Origin: the human T2T-CHM13v2.0 reference genome, Homo sapiens
Assembly (NCBI RefSeq): GCF_009914755.1
Contig: NC_060928.1
Strand: one strand, 5' to 3'
DNA length: 64,000 bases
Below the pieces are notes generated by a model. That model had not been told where the DNA came from, did not search any database, and saw nothing but the letters and a program-made list of their open reading frames with translations. The position numbers and the translations under genes are program-made. Each line of letters starts with the position of its first letter. Positions within the stretch are counted from its first letter, which is position 1. This document shows positions 1 to 12,909 of this stretch, piece after piece.

Positions 1-272
1 CATTTTAATAATTGTGAGTATACTGACATGACATTAGAGATGTAGCTTAACCTCATAATTCTCCCACCACTTTGCCTTTCTTATAAATAAACATGGGCAA
101 AATATATAATACATAAAAATATATTATTCATATATATGAATATATGTATATATTTTTCAAAGCACACAAACTTTACCTACATCTTTGCCTACGTTATTCT
201 AACCCCTTTCAGAAAGTTATATAAAGTAATTATCTTACGTCATCCACTTTTTCTTTTCTTTATTCCTGTCAG

Positions 273-421
273 GAAGACCCACTACCTTATTTGAGACAAT
301 GGGGAAAGCTGACATATGGCTTATGCGAAACTCCTGGAATTTTCAGTTTCCTCATCCTTTCTTACCAAACGTTGATTTTGTTGGAGGACTCCACTGCAAA
401 CCTGCCAAACCCCTACCTAAG
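273..421 (+). pseudogene. Copy A exon 2 ([49 protein letters not shown])
   Basis: AG at 271-272, 149 nt. Followed by ATAAAC instead of the GTAAAC seen in copy B (19837). Confidence 0.95.
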
Positions 422-3400
422 ATAAACATACTTTCGTTGGTTTTATTTTGTTGGCATCGAAGTTTCAGTAGAAATGATTCTATAGTTTTCATTCAGAATG
501 TTTGACTTACACTGAAAGAAAGATGGGAAGTAGGTGGTGTAAAGCAGATACCAATTAGAAACTCATGTACATGTTAATACCATCACACATATGTGAGTTT
601 TATGCATATTACAGATAGAGAGGAATAGTAAGGAGACTTTGAAAATAGAGTTGGTTAAAGTAAAGTCTTGATTATGCAACACCTAAGAAGGTATTGATCA
701 TTCATTCAGAGAATATTTATAAAGGGATTAGCACAAAACACAAGTAAGTGCAGAAATTTCAGAGAAAAAAAAAGACACAGTTTCCGTCCCTACATACTTT
801 ACATTCTACTTTGAAATATAGAATATAAGTAATTAATGAAAATGTTATAAAAAACTATTATCTCAAGGAAAAACCCAATGTCAAGAAAGCATCAGTGGAG
901 ATAATAGAAAGTATCCTGGAGTCACTGATTAGTAAGATGAGAGCTGAACAATATGTAGGAATAGGTAAAAGAACGACGGGGAGGGGCAGACAAAAAGGGA
1001 AAGCAGATAAAGTGGTCAGGACAGCTCTCAAGTCCTCAGGTTTTGTTTTCAGGGAATGATTAAGAATCAGATGATATTAAGAGGTAAATTAGAGCCAGAT
1101 ACGTATTAGGAGTGGAAATATTTGTTAAGAATATTGAAAAACTACTAAAAAGAGTTAAGAAATAAATATATATGAAATGATTCTCTTTTTTAAGAAAAGC
1201 CTCCAAGATATTCAATGGATTAAATTACAGAAGGGCCACACTGTAAAGAGCCAACCATTCAGGAAATTTTGCATGGATTCAGGTAGCAGATGATGGAAAA
1301 GTGGACTAGAAAGTTGATAGAAATAATTATGCCTACATTTACTAAAATAGTGCCAAATTCATATTGTGTTGTGTGGAAAAAAATATTAAAACAGACAAAA
1401 CACTTAAAATGTCTCTGGCATACAGTCAGTGGCTCAGAAATGTTATTAATTTTGCAATTATGGTTATTTTATTACTAATACTACTAACTACTTAAAATGT
1501 GCAAGTCACTTGAGATATCATTCCTCATTTAAGAGAACCAGATTATTCAGCACATCAAGGTTATATTCTCTTGCAAAGTCATAGATGACAGATACCCTGT
1601 GGACTTGATTAAAATTAGACATATCAATTGTGACAGCAAGTTGAGCTACTTGAAATTCTAAAATTCTACCATAAGTAAAAAGGATCTTCACCAGTATTCC
1701 AGCTTAAAACCCTTCCTCAACAATATAAATGTGTGCCTTAAATATGTGCAGACAAACCCAGGGTTCACTTGACTTTAATAAAGTATTTAAATCATTTCTG
1801 CATTGAGATCCCAGAATTTTACATTTTAGAGCATAAACATACCCTATTAGAGCAGACGATGTCTGCCTTATGACAAGCAACTCAGTAAAGCTTCCTGGGG
1901 GAACTTGTCTCAACATCATAGGTGCCTGACAGAGAAGCACAGAGATAGTGAACAATCCATGTATAATAAAGACCAAATAATTTCTACCACTTGTATCTGA
2001 ATAGTGCCCTTAGTTTCAATATGAAAAAAAATTCTGTCAGCATATAAGATTATATTCTTTTTGAAGGAACACAAAAACCACATATATTTTAAATTAATAT
2101 CACATTTTAAGACATACGTACAAAGAAAGCCTTCTTCAATGCATTATTACTCAACCTCTTAAAAGAACATTTTTGCTTACATAAAACTGAGATGTTATTC
2201 CATTGTTAAAACTCAGTATCTCTGTTTAATGCAAATTGTATGGGCTTTATATAGTCACTTTCTCAAGAGACAAAAGCTGAGGTAAAGACTAATGAAAACT
2301 CTGTGCCACTCTACACTACTCTTGAAAGATTTCCCCATTCACATTAAGGGAAACTGACAGTGCAAATTGGAGGAGGAAGAGAGTAGGAGGTGTAAAAGGA
2401 CAAGAAAAAAGGTTGACTAGTAGTACAATAGTGGTAATTACTAATACTAGGTCTTGTTATTAACTTGCAGAAAGCTTTGAATGCAAGTCAATGGTTGTGA
2501 AACCAGTTATTTAACTGTTTATTATGTAAAATAATTGCTAACCCAGGTTGCTTTCTTTTCAATTATATATTACATTCTCAGATAATTTCTATATATTTTA
2601 AGAGAATAAGACACTTGAGAAAATGTATCAAGTGTTTTTAAAATGCATATTGTTATTAATTTTGTAATATATTCACATGAAATCATAAAAAAATCAAGGT
2701 GCACCTATTAAACCTTATGGAAAATATTCACAAAATTAACATTAGAAGTAATCCAACATCTTACATGAAAGAATGATTAAAACTTATGTGCATACAATAG
2801 CATTAAAATAATTTTATCAATGGAATGTTCAATTATACCCTCAGCCATAATACAAATAGAGTTAGAAAATGATAAATATAACAAGGTGGCAAGTTTTTGC
2901 AGGAGGAAATGTATATACAATAAGAAGATTAAAATTTTCTCAATAAGTGTCACATGTATACATTGACGTATATAAATAGGACATATGCTATAATAAAAAA
3001 CCATATTTTCTATAAATAATATCTCTAGGTAGAAGTTTTAGAAAAATTATTTTTTAAAAAAGTTTTCATACTTTTATAAAATTTCTTACATTAATTTTGT
3101 ATTATTTTTATAATATTATCACAAAAGGAGAAACAAGCAGTCAATATCAGTGATGAATCTCTAAACAGAGGTTAGATTCCTTCAACACTGGGTAGAAAAA
3201 CAAGGCTCTGATATCAAGCCAGTGAGATGAAACACTGAAAACGAGTTACATTAAATGTGGCTACAGATGACTGCAATCACACACAACACCTAGAAGCCCC
3301 AGGTATTACGTGGAATAGTAGTACAAGGACTCTCACGTTAACGTAAGATTAAAAATCATATTTTAAAAAACACTCTGCCATATGTGGTGCACTGTTTACA

Positions 3401-4505
3401 TTTAGACATTTTTTTCTTTGTTTTGTTAAAAACCATTTGGAAAAGTTTTACCCCAATGATTAAATCTGAAAATATTTAAATTTAAATATTGGTATACATT
3501 GGGGAACTCAAGTCAGAATAATTCTCAATCAATTGCAGCCAAGCACATCTTCACCAGGAGTGTAATGTGGTGTGCGTGAGCTACTCAAAAGAGAGACAAG
3601 ATCCCCCTGAAGAAAGGCCTGGTGGCCTCTTCTATTCTGGTGCCAGTGCTGCCTCTGAGACACAACAAAGTGATGATGAGAGTTCCTCACATGCAGTTAG
3701 AAATAGCACATCAATTTAACAGTGTGATTTCAGGGCAATAGGTGTTCCACCTAAACAATAACCTGAAAGGTACAATTATTCAACAACTAACTATAAACTC
3801 TACAATTCCATGTGATAAATGAGACTCCCAAGACTGATTCATAAAAATTCCAAATCACAATACTAGACTCAGGAATGTCAGTGATTCTTAACCACCAGCT
3901 TTTATTTTCATTTTTTGAAAAACTACTGGAAAACTCTGACAAACTTTAAGTGAAGCATAAAGCATTGTAGAGGAACATAAATGTAGATATAAAATTATCC
4001 CAACTGTGAATAGCTTTTCCTCAGTGCTCATATTTAGGGAAGTAGACCACTAATGGCTTCAAACTAAAAGAATTCTACAGAAAACCTGCCTGAAATAAAC
4101 ACAAGTGATTTAGTAGAACAAAAATATAGGATTAAAGCCTAGTGGTGCCACTTTTCCAAGAACTTATATTAGTAATTATAGTATTATAAGTGAAGGGTCT
4201 GGGTATATTTTTTCACATTATCTCCCTGACTACAATGTAATAGCTCCATTTCTTTTCTCCATTACACACATGCAGACACATACATACATATACACACATA
4301 TTTACACAAATATCCTTAACAGAGGCCAACTATCTCAAATATCTTCTTGCAAAGAAACTGAGTGATTGAGTCAGTTAAAAAATATTATTTACTCCAATAA
4401 TTCCTCAAAATACTTGATTTTCTCTCTTTAATATTTGGTACCAGTTCTTTAGTAGTGCCTGCTGTGGTGATACTCTTTTGTGATTAAACAATTTTTTTTT
4501 CACAG

Positions 4506-4637
4506 GAAATGGAGGAGTTTGTACAGAGCTCTGGAGAAAATGGTGTTGTGGTGTTTTCTCTGCGGTCAATCATAAGTAACATGACAGCAGAAAGGGCCAA
4601 TGTAATTGCAACAGCCCTGGCCAAGATCCCACAAAAG
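4506..4637 (+). pseudogene. Copy A exon 3 ([44 protein letters not shown])
   Basis: cacag acceptor, 132 nt, gtaaga donor; Gly>Arg (CGG at 4563-4565). Confidence 0.95.
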
Positions 4638-6344
4638 GTAAGATAAAGTACCTTACTGGTGTGGAAAACTACTGAAAGAGGCTTGAGATCCATATAGAAA
4701 GAATATTAAGAGTAGATTGAACTCTTTACAGCCAAATACAGCCTTAAATATGCTTGTATAGCTTCCACTGACACAAGTAATAGTTGTGCCTCAGACTTAG
4801 TGGTTACATGTGGCCCTGAGGGAGTTACTGCCCTTGGTACGCCTGAGTGGTTCCTGTTAGTACCAGTGGGAACTCAGTACCCCGTATGTATCCACAAAAG
4901 GGAACTTGAGACTCATGGTTATTTTTAATTTCTGATATTAACAGTCATACATACTGCTGAATTTAACTCAATATATTCCAGGTAGGTGAAAATGGTGCTT
5001 AATGTAGTCTTTAGAATGACTTTTAGGTGTTTTCAACTAAAAATATATATCCAGAACTGTGTCTTTGTAGAAATACAAGGAAGACTTATGATTATTTTCT
5101 TCAAAGCTGTTTTGCTAATCTCAGCAGTATCCAATGAGTGAAGTGAAGAAGATTTGACTTACTCTTGGGCCACCTCTATTACTTATTGTACTCTGGAAGC
5201 TCTTGGTGAATGTTTACAATTAAGGAATGTACTATTTCTGTTTGTACTTTAAGTCAAATGCTTATGTGAAATATGTGACAACAAATAGAGAACACTGCCT
5301 GAAGCAGGAAGATGAAAGAGAAAGGATGGAGATGGATCCTGACCTGAAGGTGGATCCTGTCCAGTATAAAATGTGGCCCCACAAGGACTCAGCACTAACT
5401 ACCAGATTAACAACTCCTCCCAATGGAGGCAGCAGAAGGAAGTATAGAAAGGAGTCAAACAGAAGGAAGCCAAGTGGGGGAACAGGTTCAGATGTCCCCT
5501 CCATATAACATAGTAGGAATATATTTTCTTCTATATAAAATAAACAAGGGACCTTTGTGTATTTGTGAATTACTTTTTAATTTCCTATCTGATAAAGCTT
5601 TCTTGTAATGACCTCTAACTTTTTGCTGAAACCTGAGTTACTTTAACACTGATGTAGCAAATAAAAGTTAAACACTGTAAATTATTGTTCAGTTTGTGAG
5701 GATTGCTTCGGAGTTTCAAAATTAGTAACTTAAAATAAAAATGTCTTGGCTATAGCAGAACATATTATTCACTGTTGTCAAATCTTTGTAGCACGTTGTC
5801 TAAGTGTTAATAATCAGTTGACCAAATTCCGCAAAATACAATTTTGAGTTTATTCAATAGCTTTTTTTGTATTCATGATACCAACAGGTTCCTCATTTCT
5901 AGGCCAAAAAAAAATCCAAAATTAACAATACTGGTAATATTCTGAATTTGTGTCAAAAATTGTCACTTGAAATTTTTCTTGGAAGTAGTGCTTGATAATT
6001 TGTAATTCTAATGAAGTTATACATAAAACCCTAGCAGCATTTATTTATTTCTTATAAGTAGCTTATTTTATAGACTTGCTATTTTGTCAATCAAAGGACA
6101 ACAGGCTCTAATATAATAACCTACCGACAAGTAGATACATTTGAACTTCTTCTCTTATTATTCAAAAACAAATGAATACACTGCAATTAAATTTGGAGAT
6201 GAAAACGATAAAAAATACATAAAAAAACATATAGGTCATTACTAGATAGCTACTGTTTTATTACACTAGAATTACAATGACTCCCTATAATTTTTTTAAC
6301 TTTTTTTAGAATATTTTTATTTTTTAAATTAAATTAATTTAACT

Positions 6345-7160
6345 TTTAATTTTAACTTTTAAGTTCAGGAGTACATGTGCAGGTTTTTTAGATAGGTAAA
6401 CTTGTGTCATGGGGGTTTGTTGTACTGATTGTTTCATCACCCAGGTATTAAGACTAATATTCATTTATTATTTTACCTGATCCTCTCTTTCCTCCCACCC
6501 TCCACCCTCCTATACATCTCAGTGTATGTTGTCGCCATCTATGTGTCCACGTGTTCTCATCTTTTAGCTTCCACTCATAAGTGAGGACATGTCACATTTG
6601 GATTTCAATTCCTATGTTAGCTTGCTAAGGCTAATGGCCTCCTGCTCCATCCTTATCTCTGAAAAATACATATTTTTGTTTTCTTATGGCTGCATAATAT
6701 TCTGTAGTGTATATATGCCATATTTTCTTTATTCATTCCATAATTGATGGTCATTTAGGTTGACTGCATATCCTTGCTATTGTGAATAGTACTGCAACTA
6801 ACATATATTTTCATGGATCTTTATAAAAGAACAAGTTATAGTCCTTTGGTTATATACCCAGTAATGGGATTGCTGGGTTTCGTGGTATTTTTGCCTCTAG
6901 GTTTTTGAGGAATGGCCACACTGTCTTCCACAATGGTTGAACTAACTTACATTCCAATCAGCAGAGTATAAGCATTCCCTTTCTATACAACCTTGCCAAC
7001 ATCATGATATTTTTTGAATTTTTAATAATGGCCATTCTGACTGGTGTGAGATGCTATCTCATTATGGTTTTGATTTGAATTTCTCTAATGATCTGTGATG
7101 TTAAGTTTTTTTTCTTCATATGATGGTTGGCCGCAGGTAGGTCTTCTTTTAAAAAGTGTA
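6345..7160 (-). mobile_element. Old L1P (L1PA13-16/L1PB-like) 3' fragment in intron 3 of copy A
   Basis: Reverse-complemented L1 3'UTR and ORF2 end (ttttaagttcaggagtacatgtgcaggtt ... ggccattctgactggtgtgagatg); duplicated at about 25775-26592. Confidence 0.85.
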
Positions 7161-7418
7161 ACAATTTTTTAAATACTTGAACTTTTCATTGACAATCTTA
7201 CTTTTCTAAGGTACTATTTTGGAAAATCACGGTTTCTTATATATCTAAATCATTATAAAAGTTAAGAAAATAACATGTGAGTATTCTTTTTACATCAGTC
7301 TTTGAGTAGATTTATTTACAAACATCCCTTGATCTCATTCCTACCCTTTTTACAGTTCTAACATGCTACAATTTTTGAGTTCCACTCATGGAATAAGATA
7401 TTCTCTTTACCATAACAG

Positions 7419-7506
7419 GTTCTGTGGAGATTTGATGGGAATAAACCAGATGCTTTAGGTCTCAATACTTGGCTGTACGAGTGGATATCCCAGAATGACC
7501 TTCTAG
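7419..7506 (+). pseudogene. Copy A exon 4 ([29 protein letters not shown])
   Basis: aacag acceptor, 88 nt, gtaaca donor. Confidence 0.95.
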
Positions 7507-8343
7507 GTAACACTTTGGTGAACAAATACTGGATATATTAGTAACTGCACATTCGAATGTTAATAGTTCATCTTGAAACATGCTTATTGAATATTTGTTA
7601 TAGGAAAACAAAAAAGAACTTCTTTATATTTATTTTCCAGTCCTAGGGGGAAAAGAATATGCTATAATTGTTGGCATTTTATGATATACACTCACATTCT
7701 CTATGGTCAGAATCAGAGAGAATCTTTACTTCAGGTGTTATTATATCTCACAGAATTTTTCAGTATCTTCCTGGGCTCTCTCTCTGTCTCCTATTTCTAC
7801 AACTTTACACCTGTTTTCTCCTCTCCTGCAGGGTTATTTCAAATGCCACTAAATATAATAGCTCTTCTATCATCAGTGACTCTGTATTTTCCGGAGGACT
7901 ACATTCCTAATCTTAATCTTAAAGTAATGACACATTTCATGATGAAGTGTAACCTGTCTTTCCTCAATCCTAGCACCACCAACAACCCACTGCCTGCTGC
8001 CTTGCACACCCCACATATCACACTCTGTGACTGTACTTAAAATAACACTTCGTTTCATGCCTCTTTGCTGTCCTCTTTTATGCACATTTAAAAAATCTAG
8101 AATGCACTTTTCATTAGTGCAACTGGAAATCTTGCATTAAGTTTTGCAGTCTGAAGTCACACACACCATATAGCCTTCAGTTACATCTCCTAAACAAGTA
8201 CGTGTTTTTTCGTCTGAAGTCTGAAAAGTAATAGCAAATTAGTTCAATGTGTTATCTAGAAAGCACTGTCACTTTCAGAGCCTTTCATTGTGCATCTCAT
8301 TTTATTCCTATGAATAATTTTGCTGAAATTCATCCAATCCTAG

Positions 8344-8563
8344 GTCATCCAAAAACCAGAGCTTTTATAACTCATGGTGGAGCAAGTGGCATCTATGAGG
8401 CAATCTACCATGGGATCCCTATATTGGGCATTCCATTGTTTGCCGATCAACCTGATAATATTGCTCACATGAAGGCCAAGGGAGCAGCTGTTAGATTGGA
8501 CTTCAACACAATGTCGAGTACAGACTTGTTGAATGCACTGAAGACAGTAATTAATGATCCTTT
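8344..8563 (+). pseudogene. Copy A exon 5 (UGT signature [39 protein letters not shown]...)
   Basis: cctag acceptor, 220 nt, gtgagt donor; contained in ORF 8247..8567. Confidence 0.95.
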
Positions 8564-10616
8564 GTGAGTAGAACAATATTTTTCACTAGGTGGTATTTGT
8601 GGATAGCTTCTCCTGTCAATAGTGAGCATGAGTTTCATCCTTTTTATAAGGGAGTAATTTTGCAAGAATTTAAACGATTTAACCAATCTGAAATTTGCTT
8701 TGCTTTTTATCTGTTATTTAAAAATTGTATTTGCCCCATATATCTAATGAGAAACCAGTTAGTGAAACAATTTTATAAACAAAAATAATTTTAAAATGAT
8801 GTAGATAATATAAAAAATACATTTCTTAAAATTTTAACATAATGAATCCATAGTAGAAAGGAAGAATAAACTTGAAATAATATAATAAAATGTTTTAATT
8901 AAATATCCAAAATATCTTAGAATATAACTATTTTCTTGCTGAAAAATTAATTTTTATTATCATTAATGTTACTTACTTGAAAATGAGATTTAATTTTGAT
9001 ATCTTAAAATCCACTTATTTATGCCATAAAATCCAAATATTTTACTATGTTTACAGAGTCATGAAACTATCACCATTATATAATTTTAGAACATTTTTAT
9101 CAACACAAAAGAAACTTCAATGACACCAAAATCACTTCTCATGACTGCTTAGTCCTAGTCTAACACCAATTTTTTTCTTTCTCTATAGATTATTCTCTCT
9201 AGGTGTTTCATATAAATGGAATCATACAGTCTTGGGTGCTGTGTAAATGACATTTCACCTAGCTTAATTTTTTGTTGTTTTTTATGGTTTTTATTTTAAT
9301 TCATATTGTTGTGTATTTTAATACATTTCCTTTACACTTTTCCTAGAGTACGTCAAATAGTTAATTGTTGCTTGAAGTGATATGTGGTGGGCAGTAAGTC
9401 AAGACTTAGGGAATATAAAAAGATTCAATATCATGAAGACTATATGATCCAGCCATAGTGGAAATAAGGGAGGCTAAAAATACTATTACTAAAATATCTT
9501 TAAATTTTGGAAATTAACAAAATACACTCCAAAAAAATTTAAAGTCAAGAAGTAAATCATAAGTATGCATGAACTTTTATCTCAGCAATTCTGCTCTCAA
9601 TTATATACCCAACAGATATACGTAAATATATAAATCTAATGTTATATAGAAGAGTGTTCATGACAGAATTATCAACAGTGTCCAAAACTTATTAGCCACC
9701 CAAATATCTATTCATCATAAAATGAAGACATCATCTGTGGTTTATCAATCAACAGAATATTACATAGCAATGGAATTACCTAAGAACAGCTACATTAAAG
9801 AAAAAGACACTAATGAGTACATATTATATAATTCAATTACATAAACAAGCAAAACTAATGTTGTTATTCGAAGTCAGGCTAATCCTTAGTTGGAGGACAA
9901 AAGTAGTCACTAAATGGTTCAGAAAAAGAGAGTCATTCTAGGCAGGTTGTGATAGCCTATACCATGACCTGAACAGTAGTTAAATTGGTATCTTCACCTC
10001 AAGATGATGTTCAAGATGAACTTCCATTTTTGAACTATTCACTTAGTGTATGTATATTTATCTTTTGTATTTTATATTTAAATATATATTTTGCGAGATA
10101 TATAAATCATTTACAAAATTCTAGGAAACAAATAGAAAATAAGCACAGAAAATAGAGAAAATCCTAGAGGCTCCATCATAGTCTGGCCAGTAAAAGCCTC
10201 TCTTAGAGGTAACACTTAGAGGGAAGACACAAAAAGGGAGAGACGCATGCCTTGGGTTGTAGCAAGAAAGAATATCTCATGTACCCCATAAATATATTTC
10301 ACTTAATATGGACCCACAAAAACTTAAAATTAAACAATTAAAAACCAATTAAAATGCCTTATATTTTCTCTGCTTGAAAAGAACTAAGTTTCTCCCCTGA
10401 CCTTCCATTTCTACTTTAAAAATATTTGTCAATTAGAAAAGTCCAATTTAAAAGCCAAACTATCTATGATGACTCAAATTAAAATATACAAATTCTCTGT
10501 CAATTCTTTGACATTTACTTTGAATTATTTGACACTTTAAAAGCCTTACATAGACTTGATATCTACAGGCAAATTAACTTGCTTTCTGTGTTCGTATCTT
10601 TATTTTTATCCTTCAG

Positions 10617-10896
10617 ATATAAAGAGAGTGTTATGAAATTATCAAGAATTCAACATGATCAACCAGTGAAGCCCCTGGATCGAGCAGTCTTCTGGATTGA
10701 ATTTGTCATGCGCCACAAAGGAGCCAAACACCTTCGAGTTGCAGCCCGTGACCTCACCTGGTTCCAGTACCACTCTTTGGATGTGATTGGGTTTCTGCTG
10801 GCCTGTGTGGCAACTGTGACATTTATCATCACAAAGTGTTGTCTGTTTTGTTTCTGGAAGTTTACTAGAAAAGTGAAGAAGGAAAAAAGGGATTAG
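10617..10896 (+). pseudogene. Copy A exon 6 coding part (TM helix and dilysine-type tail KKEKRD*)
   Basis: cttcag acceptor, 280 nt to TAG; ORF 10579..10896. Confidence 0.95.
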
Positions 10897-11111
10897 TTAT
10901 GTCCGACATTTGAAGCTGGAAAACCTGATAGATGGGATGACTTCAGTTTATTCCAGCAAGAAAGATTGTGATGAAAGATTTCTTTCTTCCTATGACAAAA
11001 AAAAAAATCTTTTTGAAATCTACCTTGTCAAGTAAAAATTTGTTTTTCAGAGATTTACCACCCAGGTAATGATTAGAAATATTTTGTGGCAATGAGGAAA
11101 ACACTAGGGAA

Positions 11112-11117
11112 AATAAA
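11112..11117 (+). terminator. Putative polyadenylation signal of copy A
   Basis: AATAAA about 215 nt after the stop; the same motif is present in copy B at 32215. Confidence 0.55.
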
Positions 11118-11667
11118 AAATAATATAAAGCCATATGAGCTCATATTGAAATTTGTTGCACTTATATTGAGATTTGTTGTTTTAATTCACAAGTTACATG
11201 AAAAAAATTTTACTCAGCTTAACTATATTTCACACATTTTACATAAACACAAGAACATTAAGAAGTCTACTGACAGTATCAGTACTGTTTTGCACATACT
11301 CAGAATAATTTGCTTCATTTTGAACAGAATTCTGTTGTTTTAACTGTTGCTAAAGAAAGTATTACATAGTTAAATTGTATAGAAAGTCTCTCTCTTCCTT
11401 TGATATTTTGAGATATGTAGTATTGCTTCCCTTTTATGCTGCATGCAGCTTTATTGTAACATTTTTGCTAAAAATGATGGCCAAATGTTTACTGTTCTAA
11501 GAGCTTAAGTCATTTCTCAGTGGAAACTATGTGGAATTAGAAATATAGCCACTGTTACCTGTTTCCTACTGTAAAATTGAACTATTTTGCTACATCTTTG
11601 GTTTCATGAGCAAGTTACATTTTTTCCATATATTTAAAAGTATTTATCTGGTTGATTTTATTCTCAT

Positions 11668-12049
11668 ATTTTTAATTACTTCAATAGTTATTTGGGAACA
11701 GGTGGTGTTTGATTAGATGGATAAATTTTTTAGTGGTAATTTCTGAGGTTTTGGTGCACACATCATGTGAGAAGTGTACCTTGCCCTGAATGTATAGTCT
11801 TGTATCCCTCACCCCCTCCCACCCTCCCATCTGAATCCTTAGAGCCCATTACATCATCCTTATGCCTTTGCATCCTAATAGCTTAGATCTCACTTATAAG
11901 TGATGATTTACGATGTTCAGTTTTCTATTCCTGAATTACTTCACTTAGAATAATGCTCTTCCACTTCATGCAAGTTGCTGTTAATGCCATTAGTTTGTTT
12001 CTTTTTATGGCTTAGTAGTATTCTATGGTGTAGTATGTAAATGCATGTG

Positions 12050-12050
<1 letters not shown>
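11668..12050 (-). mobile_element. L1PB-like 3' end, copy A 3' flank
   Basis: ttcaatagttatttgggaacaggtggtgtttg...ttagaataatg; paralogous to 32775-33150. Confidence 0.75.

Positions 12051-12059
<9 letters not shown>

Positions 12060-12105
<46 letters not shown>
12060..12105. repeat. (TG)~23 microsatellite
   Basis: Perfect TG run immediately before the MER11 fragment. Confidence 0.95.
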
Positions 12106-12108
<3 letters not shown>

Positions 12109-12270
12109 CAGGGGAACCCGCCCTCAATATTTCAATGTAGGTTCCTTCTATTTTCCATAAGTGTTGGCCAGCTGAGAAATAAAGATAAAGGGTACAAAGA
12201 GAGGAATTTTAAAGCAGGGCCACTGGGGATGACATCACATATCCGTAGGACTGTGATGCCCACCAGAGCA
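12106..12270 (-). mobile_element. Truncated MER11 (HERV-K HML-8) LTR, terminal ~165 bp only
   Basis: tatcaggggaacccgccctcaatatttcaa... matches the end of the full LTR at 33212; homology stops near 12270. Confidence 0.85.
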
Positions 12271-12906
12271 TCACAGAGCCCCTTTGTCTTGGCCAATTTC
12301 TACCATTTAGAAGGAGAGTATTTACCCAGTGCCTGTTTCTTCATTGTATCTAGAAAGTAACTAACTTGCTTTTGTTTTTTAGGCTCATAGGCAAAAAGGA
12401 CTTGCCTTATCCCAGATGAGACTTTGGATTGTGGACTTTTGAGTTAATGCTGAAATTAGTTAAGACTTTGGAGAACTGAAGGGAGTGCATGATTGGTTTT
12501 AATATGTGAGGACCTGATATTTGGAAGGGGCCAAGGGAAGAATGATATGATTTGGCTGTGTCCTCACCCAAATTTAATCTTGAATTGTAGCTCCCATAAT
12601 TCCCACCTGTTGTGGGAGGAACTTCGTGAGAGGTAATTGAATCATCGTAGCACATCTTTCCCATGATATTCCCATGATAGTGAGTAAGTGTGTTGAGATC
12701 TTATAGTTTTATAAAGGAGAGTTTCCCTACACAAGTCTTCTTGCCTGCCTCCATGTATTACATAACATTGCTTCTCATTTGCCTTTTGTCATGACTGTGA
12801 GGCCGCCCAAGCCATGTGTAACTGTGAATCTATTAAACCTCTTTCCTTTATAAATTACCCAGTCTTGGGTATGTCTTTAGTAACAACATGAGAATAGGCT
12901 AGTACA
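12271..12906 (+). mobile_element. THE1 (MaLR) internal 3' end (~12271-12542) plus THE1B/C-like LTR (12543-12906)
   Basis: THE1-int motifs (cagatgagactttgga...gagttaatgctgaaat...), then the LTR from tgatatgatttggctgtgtc to attaaacctctttcctttataaattacccagtct...agtaca. Confidence 0.88.
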
Positions 12907-12909
12907 ATA

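Larger units (their letters stand above)
273..10896 (+). pseudogene. UGT2B25P: UGT2B (2B10/2B11/2B28-like) pseudogene copy A, exons 2-6; exon 1 would lie upstream of the window
   Basis: Five exons with canonical UGT2B sizes (149/132/88/220/280 nt). Exon-2 donor is GT>AT at 422-423, SLGS>SLRS, and TRLYKWIPQ>TWLYEWISQ. The family call is firm; the symbol is inferred from the tandem pseudogene-pair arrangement and is tentative. Confidence 0.75.
1..12270 (+). repeat. Segmental (tandem) duplication: 1-12270 is paralogous to ~19416-33375
   Basis: Colinear high identity across exons, introns and embedded repeats. The offset grows from ~19.4 kb to ~21.1 kb because copy A has two gaps. Confidence 0.95.

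Noticed and set aside
3471-3490. 20-bp perfect palindrome AATATTTAAATTTAAATATT (also 22890-22909)
   Set aside because: Pure A/T in an AT-rich intron, plausible by chance; the second copy is just the duplication.
5227-5508. 93-aa ORF repeated at 24648-24902
   Set aside because: Intronic. The similarity is explained by the duplication, the stop differs between copies, and there is no recognisable domain.
12061-12360. MCVCVCV... ORFs (also 33081-33400)
   Set aside because: Translation of the TG microsatellite and LTR sequence.
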